Source: an uncultured Verrucomicrobiae bacterium
Lineage (GTDB): Bacteria > Verrucomicrobiota > Verrucomicrobiia > Chthoniobacterales > Chthoniobacteraceae
Length of the DNA: 64,000 nucleotides
Direction: 5' to 3'
NCBI GenBank assembly: GCA_963828525.1
Contig: CAWHEP010000010.1
Span: 128,001-192,000, forward strand
This document shows, in pieces, positions 28,354-38,648 of this stretch. The notes beneath the pieces were generated by a model. The model saw nothing but the letters and a program-made list of their open reading frames with translations. It ran no database searches and was not told where the DNA came from. Position numbers and translations under genes: made by a program. Position 1 is the stretch's first letter; each line of letters begins with the position of its first letter.

Positions 28354-30324
28354 ATGAAAACGAGTTTTTCTGAATCACCCATGCTGCGGTCGGTTCTTCG
28401 TCATACCGGCCTTGCAAGACTCCTTCACTCGTCCCCCATTTCCTCCTATGACCGGGGCACGGTTATCTACTCGGAAGATGATCCCGCAAGCGCATGCTAC
28501 CTCGTCCTGGAAGGAGCTTGCGAGTCTCGCCACCCTTCCCCCGGCGGGGGCGAAGAAACGCTGGCGCTCGGGCCCGGTGATGTATTCGGCGAGGGGGACG
28601 TTCTCTCCGAGCGAGGCTATCAAAGCGCGATTCGCGCGACAGAGGACAGTGTCCTTCTCAGGATGGGCCGCAACCGGTTCCAGCGGCTGCTCGACGAGCG
28701 TCCCGAGCTGGCCGGGTATCTCAACCTGAAGTCGCCGGCAACCCCCCGGGCGCGGGCGTTTCCGACTCCTCTCGCATCCTGCAAAATGGTCATGGTCGCC
28801 TCCCTTTCGGACGGCGCTTTGGAGTCCCGGATCGTGTCCGCGCTCGGCAACGCGGTGAGCGCTGAGACACCGGATGCTCCCGTCTTGGTTGTCGAATTCA
28901 CGAAGGACGAATCGGCTATCCAACTGGACGAGACCGCTGTGCTCCGCGCTGAGCCAGACCGCGCTTCCCACGTTTTATTTTCCACTCTTCGAATCAGCGC
29001 CGCCGGTCTCGCGGAAGAATCAACCTTGATCGGCCCGCTCCTTTCCAGGCTCAGCCACAGCTTCTCCCGCATTCTTGTGCGAGCAGGCGTCGACTCGCCC
29101 ATGGAGGCCCTCGTTTCCACGTTGGATGTTTGCGGAGCCGCGTATGTGCTCCTGAGGCAAACTCCGGAAGATCTATACGCACTGAGCCTGCTCATGCGCG
29201 AGCTGCGTGGGATCGCTCACATGGATCTTTCCCGGGTGAAGCCGGTTCTCTACTTCGCGCATGGCGAGCGCGCTCACGGTCTTTGCCATTGGGTCGAGCA
29301 AAGCAGCGGCCTCCCCGTGCATGCCGTGCTGCATGAAAGCGGTGGCCCGGCGCCGGGAGCTTCCTTCCCCGCTGCCATCCGGCGTCTCGCCCGGGAGATT
29401 TGCGGCACGCGAGTCGGGCTAGCCCTATCTTCCGGAGCTGCCCGCGGCCTGGCTCACATCGGCGTCATCCAGGTGCTGGAGGAGAATGGCATCGAGGTGG
29501 ACGTCATCGCGGGCGCCAGCATGGGGGCCTATGTCGCTTCTGTCTGGGGCTGCGGCTACGACGGTCGCTTTATGGAGGCGCTCGCCCGCGAAATCCGCAG
29601 CCCATGGGAACTGCGTTACATCGTGGACCTCATTTTTCCGCCGCATCGAGGCTTCCTCCGGGGCGAGAGAGCCCGGTTGCGGCTGAAACGCGCCATCGGC
29701 GACGCGCATTTCTCCGATCTCTTTCGACCGATACGCATCATCTCCACACGTCTCGACACGCTCGAGCGGGTCGTGTTCACACACGGGGAAGTGGCCAGCG
29801 CCGTTCATGCAAGCATAGCCATCCCTGGCATCTGCGTTCCGGTGACTATTGAGGATGTGCACCATATCGACGGCGGCATCTCTGATCCCCTCCCTGTCGA
29901 TGTGCTTCGCGAGATGGGCATTGATCGCGTCATTGCGGTCAACACCATCCTCAACCCCGAACACCTCCGCCAGCGCATCGATTACGAGCGGGAACTCAGC
30001 GTCGCCGCCCGCCGCGTCCTCGCGCCGTTGCGCGCGTTAAATCGGCGCTTCAACCCCTTTGCGAGCGGCAACCTGTTCGACATCATGATGCGCGGCATTC
30101 ACGGAGTGCAGATACGCGTGGCGGAAGCTTCCTGCCTGTCGGCGGACATTGTTCTCAGGCCCCATTCCTGCGACGGGAGCTGGCACGACTTCAGTAACGC
30201 TGCCAAGTACATCGCCCTCGGGCGACAGGCCGCTCTCGATCATCTGCCCGGCATCAAGGCTCTCGTTCAAGGTTCTCCCCATGCGTCACAACACACTTCG
30301 CGCAAACTGGCAGTCGCTGCATAA
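28354..30324 (+). CDS. cNMP-binding-domain patatin-like phospholipase (NTE-like)
   Basis: N-terminal cNMP domain (GDVFGE); SSGAARGLAHIG, GASMG nucleophile elbow and DGG motif. Confidence 0.9.
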   Translation: MKTSFSESPMLRSVLRHTGLARLLHSSPISSYDRGTVIYSEDDPASACYLVLEGACESRHPSPGGGEETLALGPGDVFGEGDVLSERGYQSAIRATEDSVLLRMGRNRFQRLLDERPELAGYLNLKSPATPRARAFPTPLASCKMVMVASLSDGALESRIVSALGNAVSAETPDAPVLVVEFTKDESAIQLDETAVLRAEPDRASHVLFSTLRISAAGLAEESTLIGPLLSRLSHSFSRILVRAGVDSPMEALVSTLDVCGAAYVLLRQTPEDLYALSLLMRELRGIAHMDLSRVKPVLYFAHGERAHGLCHWVEQSSGLPVHAVLHESGGPAPGASFPAAIRRLAREICGTRVGLALSSGAARGLAHIGVIQVLEENGIEVDVIAGASMGAYVASVWGCGYDGRFMEALAREIRSPWELRYIVDLIFPPHRGFLRGERARLRLKRAIGDAHFSDLFRPIRIISTRLDTLERVVFTHGEVASAVHASIAIPGICVPVTIEDVHHIDGGISDPLPVDVLREMGIDRVIAVNTILNPEHLRQRIDYERELSVAARRVLAPLRALNRRFNPFASGNLFDIMMRGIHGVQIRVAEASCLSADIVLRPHSCDGSWHDFSNAAKYIALGRQAALDHLPGIKALVQGSPHASQHTSRKLAVAA

Positions 30325-31810
30325 GGACGAACTGCGCCGCCTGCAGGCGGCGAAGCTTCGGCATTATCTCCGGAATACCATTCTCCCGTTCTCCCCGCGC
30401 TACCGCCGCCTTTTCCACCAGTGGCGATTGACCGCCGATTCTTTTCAGACCCTCGATGACCTCCAGAAAATTCCTTTCACTTCGAAGAGCGATGTCGCCG
30501 CCGACAGCCGGGATTTTCTCATCATTCCAGAACAGGCGGCCCTCTCCCGCCGCCCCTCCTCCATTTTGCGCGCTATTCTCCAGGGATCAGCTGCCGTAAA
30601 GCGCGGCTTCGAACGCGAGTTCCGGCCCCTCATGATGACGAGCACCACAGGCCGCTCGGCGGATCCCGTGCCGTTCCTCTTTACCCAGCACGATCTGGAT
30701 AATCTGTGCGCGGCCGGTTCGAGAAGTCTCTCCCTCTACGGTATCCGGCCTGATTGGCGATTCATCAACCTCTTCCCGTTCGCGCCGCACCTGGCTTTTT
30801 GGCAAAGCCACTATGCCGCGACGACACGCGGCGTTTTCGCCGTCAGCACAGGCGGTGGCAAGGTATTGGGCACGGAGGGCAACGTCCGCCTCCTGCGCAA
30901 GATCGACCCCCACGCGCTCGTTGGCATGCCGGCTTTCATCTACCACGTCCTTCAGCAGGCGGTGGAAGAGGGTGTCCGATGTGAGCATCTCTCCCTCATC
31001 ATCCTCGGAGGCGAAAAGGCTCCCGCCGGCATGCGCCGGAAGCTGAGATCCCTCGCCCGCCAGTTGGGCGCGGAGGACGTTTCTGTCGTCGCCACATACG
31101 GCTTTACGGAGGCCAAATTGGCTTTTTCAGAATGCTGTTTTCCACAAGATCAGTCCACCAGTGGATACCATCTTTACCCCGATCTGGGACTTTTCGAAAT
31201 CATTGATCCGCTCACCGGATTGCCGCAGCCCGACGGATGCCCGGGAGAATTGGTTTACACTCCGCTCGACGCTCGCGGGACGGTGGTGCTGCGCTATAGA
31301 ACCGGAGACATCATCGAAGGCGGCATGGTCTATGAACCCTGCCCCGGCTGCGGCGGACGGATGCCCCGGCTGCTCGGTTCCATCTCTCGCCGCTCCGACA
31401 TCCAGGAGATGCGACTCGACAAGCTCAAAGGCACCCTCGTTGATTTCAATCGCCTTTCTCACGTCCTCGAAAACGCCGAGCACGTCGGAGCCTGGCAGCT
31501 CGAGATTCGCAAGCTTCATGACGACCCCTTGGACCTGGATGAACTCGTCCTCCACGTAAACAAGCTCGATGAGATCAGCGACGAATCTCTCGCCAGGCAG
31601 CTCAACGTCCGGTTCGAGGAACAGACCGAACTTCGGGTAAATCGAGTCGATTTCCATTCAGCGCAAGAGCTCAGGCGCTTGCAGGGCGTTGGCACCCTCC
31701 TGAAAGAACAACTTGTCGTCGATCACCGTCCGGGGAGCCGCGATTTCGCCCACTTCCACTCCGCGACAAACGGCGGGTCGCCGAAACCCTGCCTCGCGCA
31801 TACCTCATGA
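30281..31810 (+). CDS. Phenylacetate-CoA-ligase (PaaK)-like adenylating enzyme
   Basis: IPFTSK, TSTTG, YGFTE, GELVYT, LRYRTGD. Confidence 0.8.
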   Translation: MRHNTLRANWQSLHKDELRRLQAAKLRHYLRNTILPFSPRYRRLFHQWRLTADSFQTLDDLQKIPFTSKSDVAADSRDFLIIPEQAALSRRPSSILRAILQGSAAVKRGFEREFRPLMMTSTTGRSADPVPFLFTQHDLDNLCAAGSRSLSLYGIRPDWRFINLFPFAPHLAFWQSHYAATTRGVFAVSTGGGKVLGTEGNVRLLRKIDPHALVGMPAFIYHVLQQAVEEGVRCEHLSLIILGGEKAPAGMRRKLRSLARQLGAEDVSVVATYGFTEAKLAFSECCFPQDQSTSGYHLYPDLGLFEIIDPLTGLPQPDGCPGELVYTPLDARGTVVLRYRTGDIIEGGMVYEPCPGCGGRMPRLLGSISRRSDIQEMRLDKLKGTLVDFNRLSHVLENAEHVGAWQLEIRKLHDDPLDLDELVLHVNKLDEISDESLARQLNVRFEEQTELRVNRVDFHSAQELRRLQGVGTLLKEQLVVDHRPGSRDFAHFHSATNGGSPKPCLAHTS

Positions 31811-33096
31811 AATCCCAGCGCTTCGTAATCATCGACGGCCTGCGCGCCCCTTTTGCCAAAGCGGGAAGCGATCTGGCAGATGTGCCCGCCGACGAACTCG
31901 GTCGCGTTGCGGTGAATGCCCTCCTCACGCGCGTCGGCGTCGACCCAGGTCTCATTGATCACGTGATCTTCGGCTGTGTTGCGCAGCCAGCCGACACCGC
32001 GAATATCGCGCGTGTGATCGCCCTCCGGGCGGGAATCCCCCACCGCGTCCCGGCGGTCACCGTGCATCGGAATTGCGCGTCAGGTTTGGAAGCCCTCGCC
32101 CAAGCCTGCGAAAAGAACGCCGCGGGCCACGGAGAGATTTTCATCGTCGGTGGCGCCGAGAGCATGTCGCAGATCCCTTTACTCTTCCGCCATTCAGCCG
32201 CGAAAAAGTTTTCCACTCTCAGCCGGGCCCGCAACCTAAGCTCCAGGTTCGCCGCGCTTGCCGCCTTTCGCCCTTCGGACTTCCGCCCGCGCGCCGGTCT
32301 GCAGCTCGGTCTCACGGATCCGGTGTGCGGCTTGAACATGGGCGAGACGGCGGAAATTCTGGCCCGGGAGTGGAATGTCAGCCGAGCATCGCAGGATGCG
32401 TTCGCGCTGCGCTCCCATCAGCGCGCCATCGACGCGGCTGAGCGCCTCACCGCCGAGATCACTCCCGTTTACCTGAATCGCGGAGCCAAATCCACGGGCG
32501 TCTGGCGCGACAACGGCCCTCGCGCAAATCAGAGCCTGGAAGCCCTTGCAAAGTTGAAACCAGTTTTCGAGAAAGGCACGGGCTCCGTCACCGCTGGCAA
32601 CTCTTCCCAGATTACCGACGGAGCCGTGGCGTTGCTCGTGATGGCGGAACATCGCGCGGAAGCGCTCGGGTTGGAGCCACTCGGGGTCCTGACCGGCTAC
32701 GCTTTCACAGGATGCGATCCCGCGCGCATGGGGTTGGGTCCTGTGTACGCCATTGCCAAAGCGCGTGAGATGCTCGGACTCGGCATTGAAGACGCCGATC
32801 TTATTGAAATAAACGAGGCGTTTGCCGCGCAGGCGCTCGCCGTTTTGCAGGCGCTGAAGTCGGAGAAATTCAGTCGCAAACACCTCCACCTGGACGCGCC
32901 CTTGGGCGAAGTGCCTGATGAAAAGCTGAATGTAAACGGAGGAGCCATCGCGCTCGGCCACCCGGTAGGCGCCACCGGGGCGCGCCTGGTCCTGACGGCT
33001 CTCCGCGAACTGAAGCGAACAGGGGGCAAACGCGCGCTGGTCTCTCTCTGCGTAGGAGGTGGCCAGGGCGCGGCCTTCTGGTTGGAGCGCCCATGA
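31807..33096 (+). CDS. Acetyl-CoA C-acyltransferase (thiolase, FadI-like)
   Basis: HRNCASG, NEAFA, GHPVGATG, LCVGGGQG. Confidence 0.95.
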   Translation: MKSQRFVIIDGLRAPFAKAGSDLADVPADELGRVAVNALLTRVGVDPGLIDHVIFGCVAQPADTANIARVIALRAGIPHRVPAVTVHRNCASGLEALAQACEKNAAGHGEIFIVGGAESMSQIPLLFRHSAAKKFSTLSRARNLSSRFAALAAFRPSDFRPRAGLQLGLTDPVCGLNMGETAEILAREWNVSRASQDAFALRSHQRAIDAAERLTAEITPVYLNRGAKSTGVWRDNGPRANQSLEALAKLKPVFEKGTGSVTAGNSSQITDGAVALLVMAEHRAEALGLEPLGVLTGYAFTGCDPARMGLGPVYAIAKAREMLGLGIEDADLIEINEAFAAQALAVLQALKSEKFSRKHLHLDAPLGEVPDEKLNVNGGAIALGHPVGATGARLVLTALRELKRTGGKRALVSLCVGGGQGAAFWLERP

Positions 33097-35261
33097 ACAA
33101 TCTTGCCACTCTTCCGATGAACACCTCCCAGCCTCAACGCGCGGACCGACCGGCGGCCTCGACCGTCTCCTCCGAAGTGGATGGCGCCGGCATCTGCTTC
33201 ATCACGTTCGACCGTCCGAACTCCTCCGCGAACCTACTCGACGCCCAAACACTTTCGGAACTCGACACCCTTCTTGATGAGCTTGCAAACCTGCCCGGCC
33301 TGAACGGCGTCGTCCTCCGAAGCGCCAAACCCTCCATTTTCATCGCGGGCGCCGATCTTCATTCCCTCATGGCTGCCGCTCGCTCCGGCGAACTGCCAGC
33401 CATGATCCAGTTGGGTCAGGACGTGTTTTCAAAGCTCGCCTCCCTGCGCGTGCCTACCGTCGCCGCCATCCACGGAGCCTGCGCGGGCGGCGGTTATGAG
33501 ATCAGCCTTGCGTGTGACTACAGGCTCGCCTCTCCCGATGCCGTCACCCGCATTGGCCTCCCGGAAACACAACTGGGCATTCTTCCAGCATGGGGCGGCA
33601 GCACCCGCTTGCCGCGATTGATCGGTCTGCCAGCCGCGCTCAAAATCATCCTTGGCGGCAAGCTCCTCGCAGCCGGACTGGCGGCCAAGAGCGGGTTGAT
33701 TGACGCCATCGCTCCGGCTGAGCGCCTCCTTGATCTCGCGCGCTCCCGCATAGAAGCCGGCAAGTCAGCGCGCAAACGTCACCTGCTCTCAAACAACAAG
33801 GCTTCCGCCGAATCGATCCGCCTCGCCTTCACTCCCCTGCTGCGGCGCAAAACCCGCGGCCACTATCCCGCGCAGCTGGCTGCCCTGGACATGATCTGTT
33901 CCGGCGTCACGCAATCCTTTCCGCAATCTCTCGCGCTGGAAAAGTCCGCGATCCTGCGTCTCGTCGAGACGGACACCTGCCGCAACCTGGTTCGCGTCTT
34001 CTTCCTCCAGGAACGCGCGCGGAAGCTCGACGCGGTGGGGCCGGATGCCATCTCTTCGGTCACCCCGCCAGTGAGCAAAGCCGCGGTTGTCGGCGCCGGT
34101 GTCATGGGCGCCGCCATAGCGCAATGGCTCACCTCCCGCAACGTGCCCGTCTTGCTCAAGGACATCGATACAGAGCGCGTCGGCAAAGGGATGGCGGGCA
34201 TCGCCAGACTCTATGAAGAAGGTGTGCGCCACCATCATTTCACCGCGCTGGAGGCGCGCTCCGGACTCGACAGGCTGTTCCCCATCACAGAGGAAGCTCC
34301 GCTTGGGAAGGTGGACCTCGTCATCGAAGCCGCCGTCGAGCGCATGGCGCTCAAGAAAGAAATTTTTCGCAAGCTGGAAACCTTTTGCGCTCCGAATGCC
34401 ATCCTGGCCACCAACACCTCCGCGCTCTCCATCTCCGAGATTGCCGCGGGCTTGAATTTCCCGGGCCGCGTCATCGGTCTCCACTTCTTTAATCCCGTCC
34501 GCCGCATGAAGCTTGTCGAGGTCGTGGCCGGGCGCGAAACGGATGCTCAGGTGACGCGCGCCGCGGCGCGCTTCGTCCGCCAGATCGGCAAGCTGCCCGT
34601 TGTCGTCAGGGATAGTCCGGGCTTCCTCGTAAACAGGATTCTCATTCCCTATCTCGTGGAGGCTGGGCATCTGTTTGAATGCGGCGCCCGCGCGAAACTC
34701 GTCGATGAGGCAATGCTCCAGTTCGGCATGCCCATGGGGCCGCTGCGCCTCCTCGATGAAGTCGGTCTCGACGTAGCCACCGATGTGGCGGAAAACCTCT
34801 CCTCCAAATTCAGCAGGATGCAGGTTCCGCTCGCTTTGGGGAAGATGCGCGACGCGGGCATGCTCGGGCGCAAGAGCGGCAGCGGCTTCTACCATTACAA
34901 ATATCCGCGGGAACGAGAAAACGCGCGCGCCGGGTGGTTCCAGAAAAGTTCCATGGCCAGGGATTGGAAAGCGCCTCTCCTCCAAAAGCGCATGGTGCTT
35001 CTGATGATAAACGAAGCCGCGAGGTGTCTCGAAGAAGGCGTGGTATCAACTCCCGAAGATGTCGATTTCGGCATGGTCATGGGAACCGGTTTCGCCCCAT
35101 TTCGAGGGGGGCCTCTGCGTTACGCGGACAGGGTCGGCGCGGCATCGCTCGTGAAGGACATGGACGCTCTCGGCATCGCTGGCGAACCGCGATTCCTCGC
35201 TTGCGAGTTGCTGCGTTCCATGGCGGCAAGCGGGAAAAAATTCTATGAAAACGACACATGA
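33093..35261 (+). CDS. Fatty-acid oxidation multifunctional enzyme (enoyl-CoA hydratase/3-hydroxyacyl-CoA dehydrogenase, FadJ-like)
   Basis: FIAGADL, GLPETQLG, GAGVMG, ATNTS, GLHFFNP, PGFLVNR. Confidence 0.95.
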   Translation: MNNLATLPMNTSQPQRADRPAASTVSSEVDGAGICFITFDRPNSSANLLDAQTLSELDTLLDELANLPGLNGVVLRSAKPSIFIAGADLHSLMAAARSGELPAMIQLGQDVFSKLASLRVPTVAAIHGACAGGGYEISLACDYRLASPDAVTRIGLPETQLGILPAWGGSTRLPRLIGLPAALKIILGGKLLAAGLAAKSGLIDAIAPAERLLDLARSRIEAGKSARKRHLLSNNKASAESIRLAFTPLLRRKTRGHYPAQLAALDMICSGVTQSFPQSLALEKSAILRLVETDTCRNLVRVFFLQERARKLDAVGPDAISSVTPPVSKAAVVGAGVMGAAIAQWLTSRNVPVLLKDIDTERVGKGMAGIARLYEEGVRHHHFTALEARSGLDRLFPITEEAPLGKVDLVIEAAVERMALKKEIFRKLETFCAPNAILATNTSALSISEIAAGLNFPGRVIGLHFFNPVRRMKLVEVVAGRETDAQVTRAAARFVRQIGKLPVVVRDSPGFLVNRILIPYLVEAGHLFECGARAKLVDEAMLQFGMPMGPLRLLDEVGLDVATDVAENLSSKFSRMQVPLALGKMRDAGMLGRKSGSGFYHYKYPRERENARAGWFQKSSMARDWKAPLLQKRMVLLMINEAARCLEEGVVSTPEDVDFGMVMGTGFAPFRGGPLRYADRVGAASLVKDMDALGIAGEPRFLACELLRSMAASGKKFYENDT

Positions 35262-37161
35262 GACACTGAACGATTCGCAAAACGCCGGAGCGCAGGAAGT
35301 CCCCGACGTCATTGACACCTCGCGCATGTCAGACGGCCAGCGCGCCGCGCTCCAGATGGCGGAGTCCGCGCGCAGCTCTGCAAAAGGGAGCTTTGCCTCC
35401 GACCTGTTCATGGGCCGCTATGACATCCAGAGCCTCTTCCCCTATCCCGAGCAAACGCTGGAGGATCGCGATCAGGGCGACGCTTTCCTCAAAAATCTCG
35501 AGTCCTTCCTCCGGGACCATGTCGATCCCGATGAGATCGACCGGAGTGGAGAGATTCCAGACGACGTCATAAAAGGCCTTGCCGCAATGGGAGCCTTTGG
35601 CATCAAGGTTCCTGTCGCCTTCCATGGCCTCGGCCTCTCCCAGACAAACTATTGCCGCGCGGGGATGATGCTCGGCAGCTACTGCGGCAACCTCACGGCT
35701 CTCCTCTCCGCCCATCAATCCATCGGCGTCTCCCAGCCGCTCCTCCTTTTCGGCACTGAAGAGCAGAAGCGGAAGTTCCTGCCGCGCGTCGCTCAAGGCG
35801 AAATCTCCGCGTTCGCGCTCACTGAGCCGGGAGCCGGATCAGATCCGGCGACCATGCAAACTCGGGCCGACCCTTCTCCTGACGGCGCCCACTTCGTCAT
35901 AAATGGGCGCAAGCTCTGGTGTACAAACGGCGCGCGGGCGGGCGTAATCGTCGTGATGGCTAAAACCCCCGACAAGATCGTCGCCGGAGCCCCTCGCAAG
36001 CAGATTACAGCATTCGTCCTCGATATGGACTCTCCCGGCATCGAGGTTTCTCATCGCTGCCATTTCATGGGTTTGAAGGCCCTCTATAATGCCGTAATCG
36101 ATTTCAAGGATGTCATCGTCCCCCGCGAAAACATCCTGCTCGGTGAAGGCAAAGGGCTGCGCGTGGCTCTCACCACGCTGAATACAGGCCGCCTCACCTT
36201 GCCTGCGGCGTGCGCTGGCCTTTCAAAGCGTTGCCTGGAAATCAGCAGCGACTGGGCCGCTCAGCGCGTCCAATGGGGCGCGCCCATCGCCAGGCACGCC
36301 GCGATCGCCGGAAAGATCGCTGACATGGCTGCCAACACGTTTGCCATGGAGGCGATGACCTTCCTCACATCCGCCCTGTTTGACCGCAAACAGAATGATC
36401 TCCGTGTCGAGACTGCCATCTGCAAACTCTGGGCCACTGAAAAGACATGGCGCATCGTGGACGATACCATGCAAATCCGCGGAGGCCGCGGTTATGAAAC
36501 CGCCGCGTCCCTCGCGGCGCGAGGCGAACAGCCCATCCCCGTGGAGCGCCTTTTCCGCGACAGCCGCATCAACCTCATCTTTGAAGGCTCCAGCGAAATT
36601 ATGAGGCTCTTCATCGCGCGCGAAGCCCTCGATCCCCATCTCAAAGTGGGAGGCCCAGTCGTAAACTCCCAACTGCCACTCGCCGCGCGCGCCCGCGCCG
36701 CGCTCGCGTCCGCTGCCTTTTACTCCGCATGGTATCCCCGCCAGTGGCTGCCATCCCCGGCCTCCCTGCCCCGCGGCATCCACCCGATCCTTGCGCGACA
36801 TCTGCGGCTGAATGCGGCCGCCGCCAAACGCCTTGGCCGCTCCCTCTTCCATGCCATGGCAAGATATGGTCCAAAACTGGAGCGGCGCCAACTCCTGCTC
36901 GGGCGCTTCGTGGATATCGGCGCTGAACTATTCGCGATGACCGCCGCCTGCCTCAGGGCCCAAGCCATGCAGTCCGCCGAATCTGCGGTCGCCGCTGACG
37001 CCATCCAGTTGGCCGACTACTTCTGCGCCTCCGCGGCACAGCGCGTCGAATCTCTGTTTAGCTCTCTCCGCCGCAACGCGGACGACCAAGGCTACAAAGT
37101 GACCGCGAGCATCCTTCAAGGCCGCCACAAATGGCTGCAACAAGGCGCGGTGCGACTCTGA
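35245..37161 (+). CDS. Acyl-CoA dehydrogenase (long form)
   Basis: FALTEPGAGSD, KLWCTNG, LNTGR, QIRGGRGY, IFEGSSEI. Confidence 0.95.
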   Translation: MKTTHETLNDSQNAGAQEVPDVIDTSRMSDGQRAALQMAESARSSAKGSFASDLFMGRYDIQSLFPYPEQTLEDRDQGDAFLKNLESFLRDHVDPDEIDRSGEIPDDVIKGLAAMGAFGIKVPVAFHGLGLSQTNYCRAGMMLGSYCGNLTALLSAHQSIGVSQPLLLFGTEEQKRKFLPRVAQGEISAFALTEPGAGSDPATMQTRADPSPDGAHFVINGRKLWCTNGARAGVIVVMAKTPDKIVAGAPRKQITAFVLDMDSPGIEVSHRCHFMGLKALYNAVIDFKDVIVPRENILLGEGKGLRVALTTLNTGRLTLPAACAGLSKRCLEISSDWAAQRVQWGAPIARHAAIAGKIADMAANTFAMEAMTFLTSALFDRKQNDLRVETAICKLWATEKTWRIVDDTMQIRGGRGYETAASLAARGEQPIPVERLFRDSRINLIFEGSSEIMRLFIAREALDPHLKVGGPVVNSQLPLAARARAALASAAFYSAWYPRQWLPSPASLPRGIHPILARHLRLNAAAAKRLGRSLFHAMARYGPKLERRQLLLGRFVDIGAELFAMTAACLRAQAMQSAESAVAADAIQLADYFCASAAQRVESLFSSLRRNADDQGYKVTASILQGRHKWLQQGAVRL

Positions 37162-37230
37162 CGTCCCCCGCGTCTCATCGTTTAAGACCTTCTTTCCTTC
37201 GGCAAACGGGATACCTTCGCTTCCTCGCCC

Positions 37231-38610
37231 ATGTCGATCCCGCAAGCATTCCTGACATTCCTCCTCATCGCTGTTTCCTTCCTCGCCCCTACTCGCCAGG
37301 GATCTGGCGAAGAGAAGACGACTCTCTATGATGCCGACCCCGCTCATCCATGGAATCGCCTTTCCGCGGCCCTGTTTCTCCGCAGGGGCATGGACAACCA
37401 GATTTACGGAGCCGATTCGCTCGATCTTCTTTATTGGTCCGGCACCAAACATCTGCTGGAAGGAGACTCCAGCGTCCAGGCCCTCCGCGCTCTGGATCAA
37501 TTCCTTGCTGGTCACTCGGAAACCCTCATCACCGATCCGCTGAAGCGCGCCCTGCTGCAGCGTGATCTCTGGGCCTTGTTCGACTGGGCTGTCATGCGCA
37601 ATCGCTACTTGGAAGAACCCTTCCAACCCGCTGCGGTTCGCGAGCTCGCATCCCGCCTCGCGACGGCCATCCGCCGGCTCGCGCTTTCCAAAGAACAAAT
37701 CGTAAGCCTTCCCGACAACTACGACTGCGCCGTCCGCGCCAAGTCGTATCCCTCCGAATTCGACGCGGCCCAGCCCGGCAACAGCTTTCTCCCAGCCGAT
37801 CTCCTCGTACCGGAGGGGCCGTGGGTGTGCGTGGAATGTCAGTCAGGTCTCATCCCTGCTCCAATCCACACGCGAGAGTTCGGCGGCAGATCGGTTTTCA
37901 TCGTATTCATCAACCTGCCCGGTGGGCGTAAGGCAACGCTGGACTACCTCGACAGGTTGAACCACTTCGCCGAACCCTGGGTATTCGATAGAGCGAAGAT
38001 GGAGGCAAAAGGCAGCGCCCTCGTCTCAAAGATGATGGCGCATAGCTTTAATGCCGGGACCGGTCCATGGGTCAACCCTGCCATGCCCCAGTTCCCCAAC
38101 GGCACAAAGTTCGCGCTTTTGCGCCGCGCTATCTTCATCGACGCGGCGGGCGAGCTCGTTCCAAGCCCCCTCACGGAGAGCCTGCAAATGCGTGTCTATT
38201 CGGAGACCGACCCCGCCCGCGTCAGCGGAACCTCCCAGTCGGTCTATGAATTCAACCTTTCCCGCGCCGATCTTCTCGCCTCCAGGGCAGGCGGTCTCAA
38301 ACCCGTCGCCGCTGGCGAAAAGGAGTTCTCCACCTTCCTTCAGATGGGGATCGATCCCTTGGAATTCAAATCCCAGGATAACGAACCGCCAGCCGATCCA
38401 CGCAGCACCGCCCTCTCTTGCATTGGATGCCACACTGGACCTGGAATCCACTCCGTATTGAGCCACTCCCAACTCTTTACTGCCAAGACGCTCCTCCCTC
38501 CGCAATACGAGCGATCCGACCCGGAGCGGCTCGGGTCTTCCACCACTGGTTGGAAGTCAGATCAATTTACCTGGGGTCTGCTGATGGGCCTCTGGCAATC
38601 CGAGCGCTAG
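37231..38610 (+). CDS. Exported hypothetical protein with one CxxCH heme-c motif
   Basis: Signal-peptide-like N-terminus; SCIGCH near the C-terminus. Confidence 0.6.
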   Translation: MSIPQAFLTFLLIAVSFLAPTRQGSGEEKTTLYDADPAHPWNRLSAALFLRRGMDNQIYGADSLDLLYWSGTKHLLEGDSSVQALRALDQFLAGHSETLITDPLKRALLQRDLWALFDWAVMRNRYLEEPFQPAAVRELASRLATAIRRLALSKEQIVSLPDNYDCAVRAKSYPSEFDAAQPGNSFLPADLLVPEGPWVCVECQSGLIPAPIHTREFGGRSVFIVFINLPGGRKATLDYLDRLNHFAEPWVFDRAKMEAKGSALVSKMMAHSFNAGTGPWVNPAMPQFPNGTKFALLRRAIFIDAAGELVPSPLTESLQMRVYSETDPARVSGTSQSVYEFNLSRADLLASRAGGLKPVAAGEKEFSTFLQMGIDPLEFKSQDNEPPADPRSTALSCIGCHTGPGIHSVLSHSQLFTAKTLLPPQYERSDPERLGSSTTGWKSDQFTWGLLMGLWQSER

Positions 38611-38648
38611 TCCCAGCCCCTCAACGCGCTCCCAGCAAGCCTCTGCGT

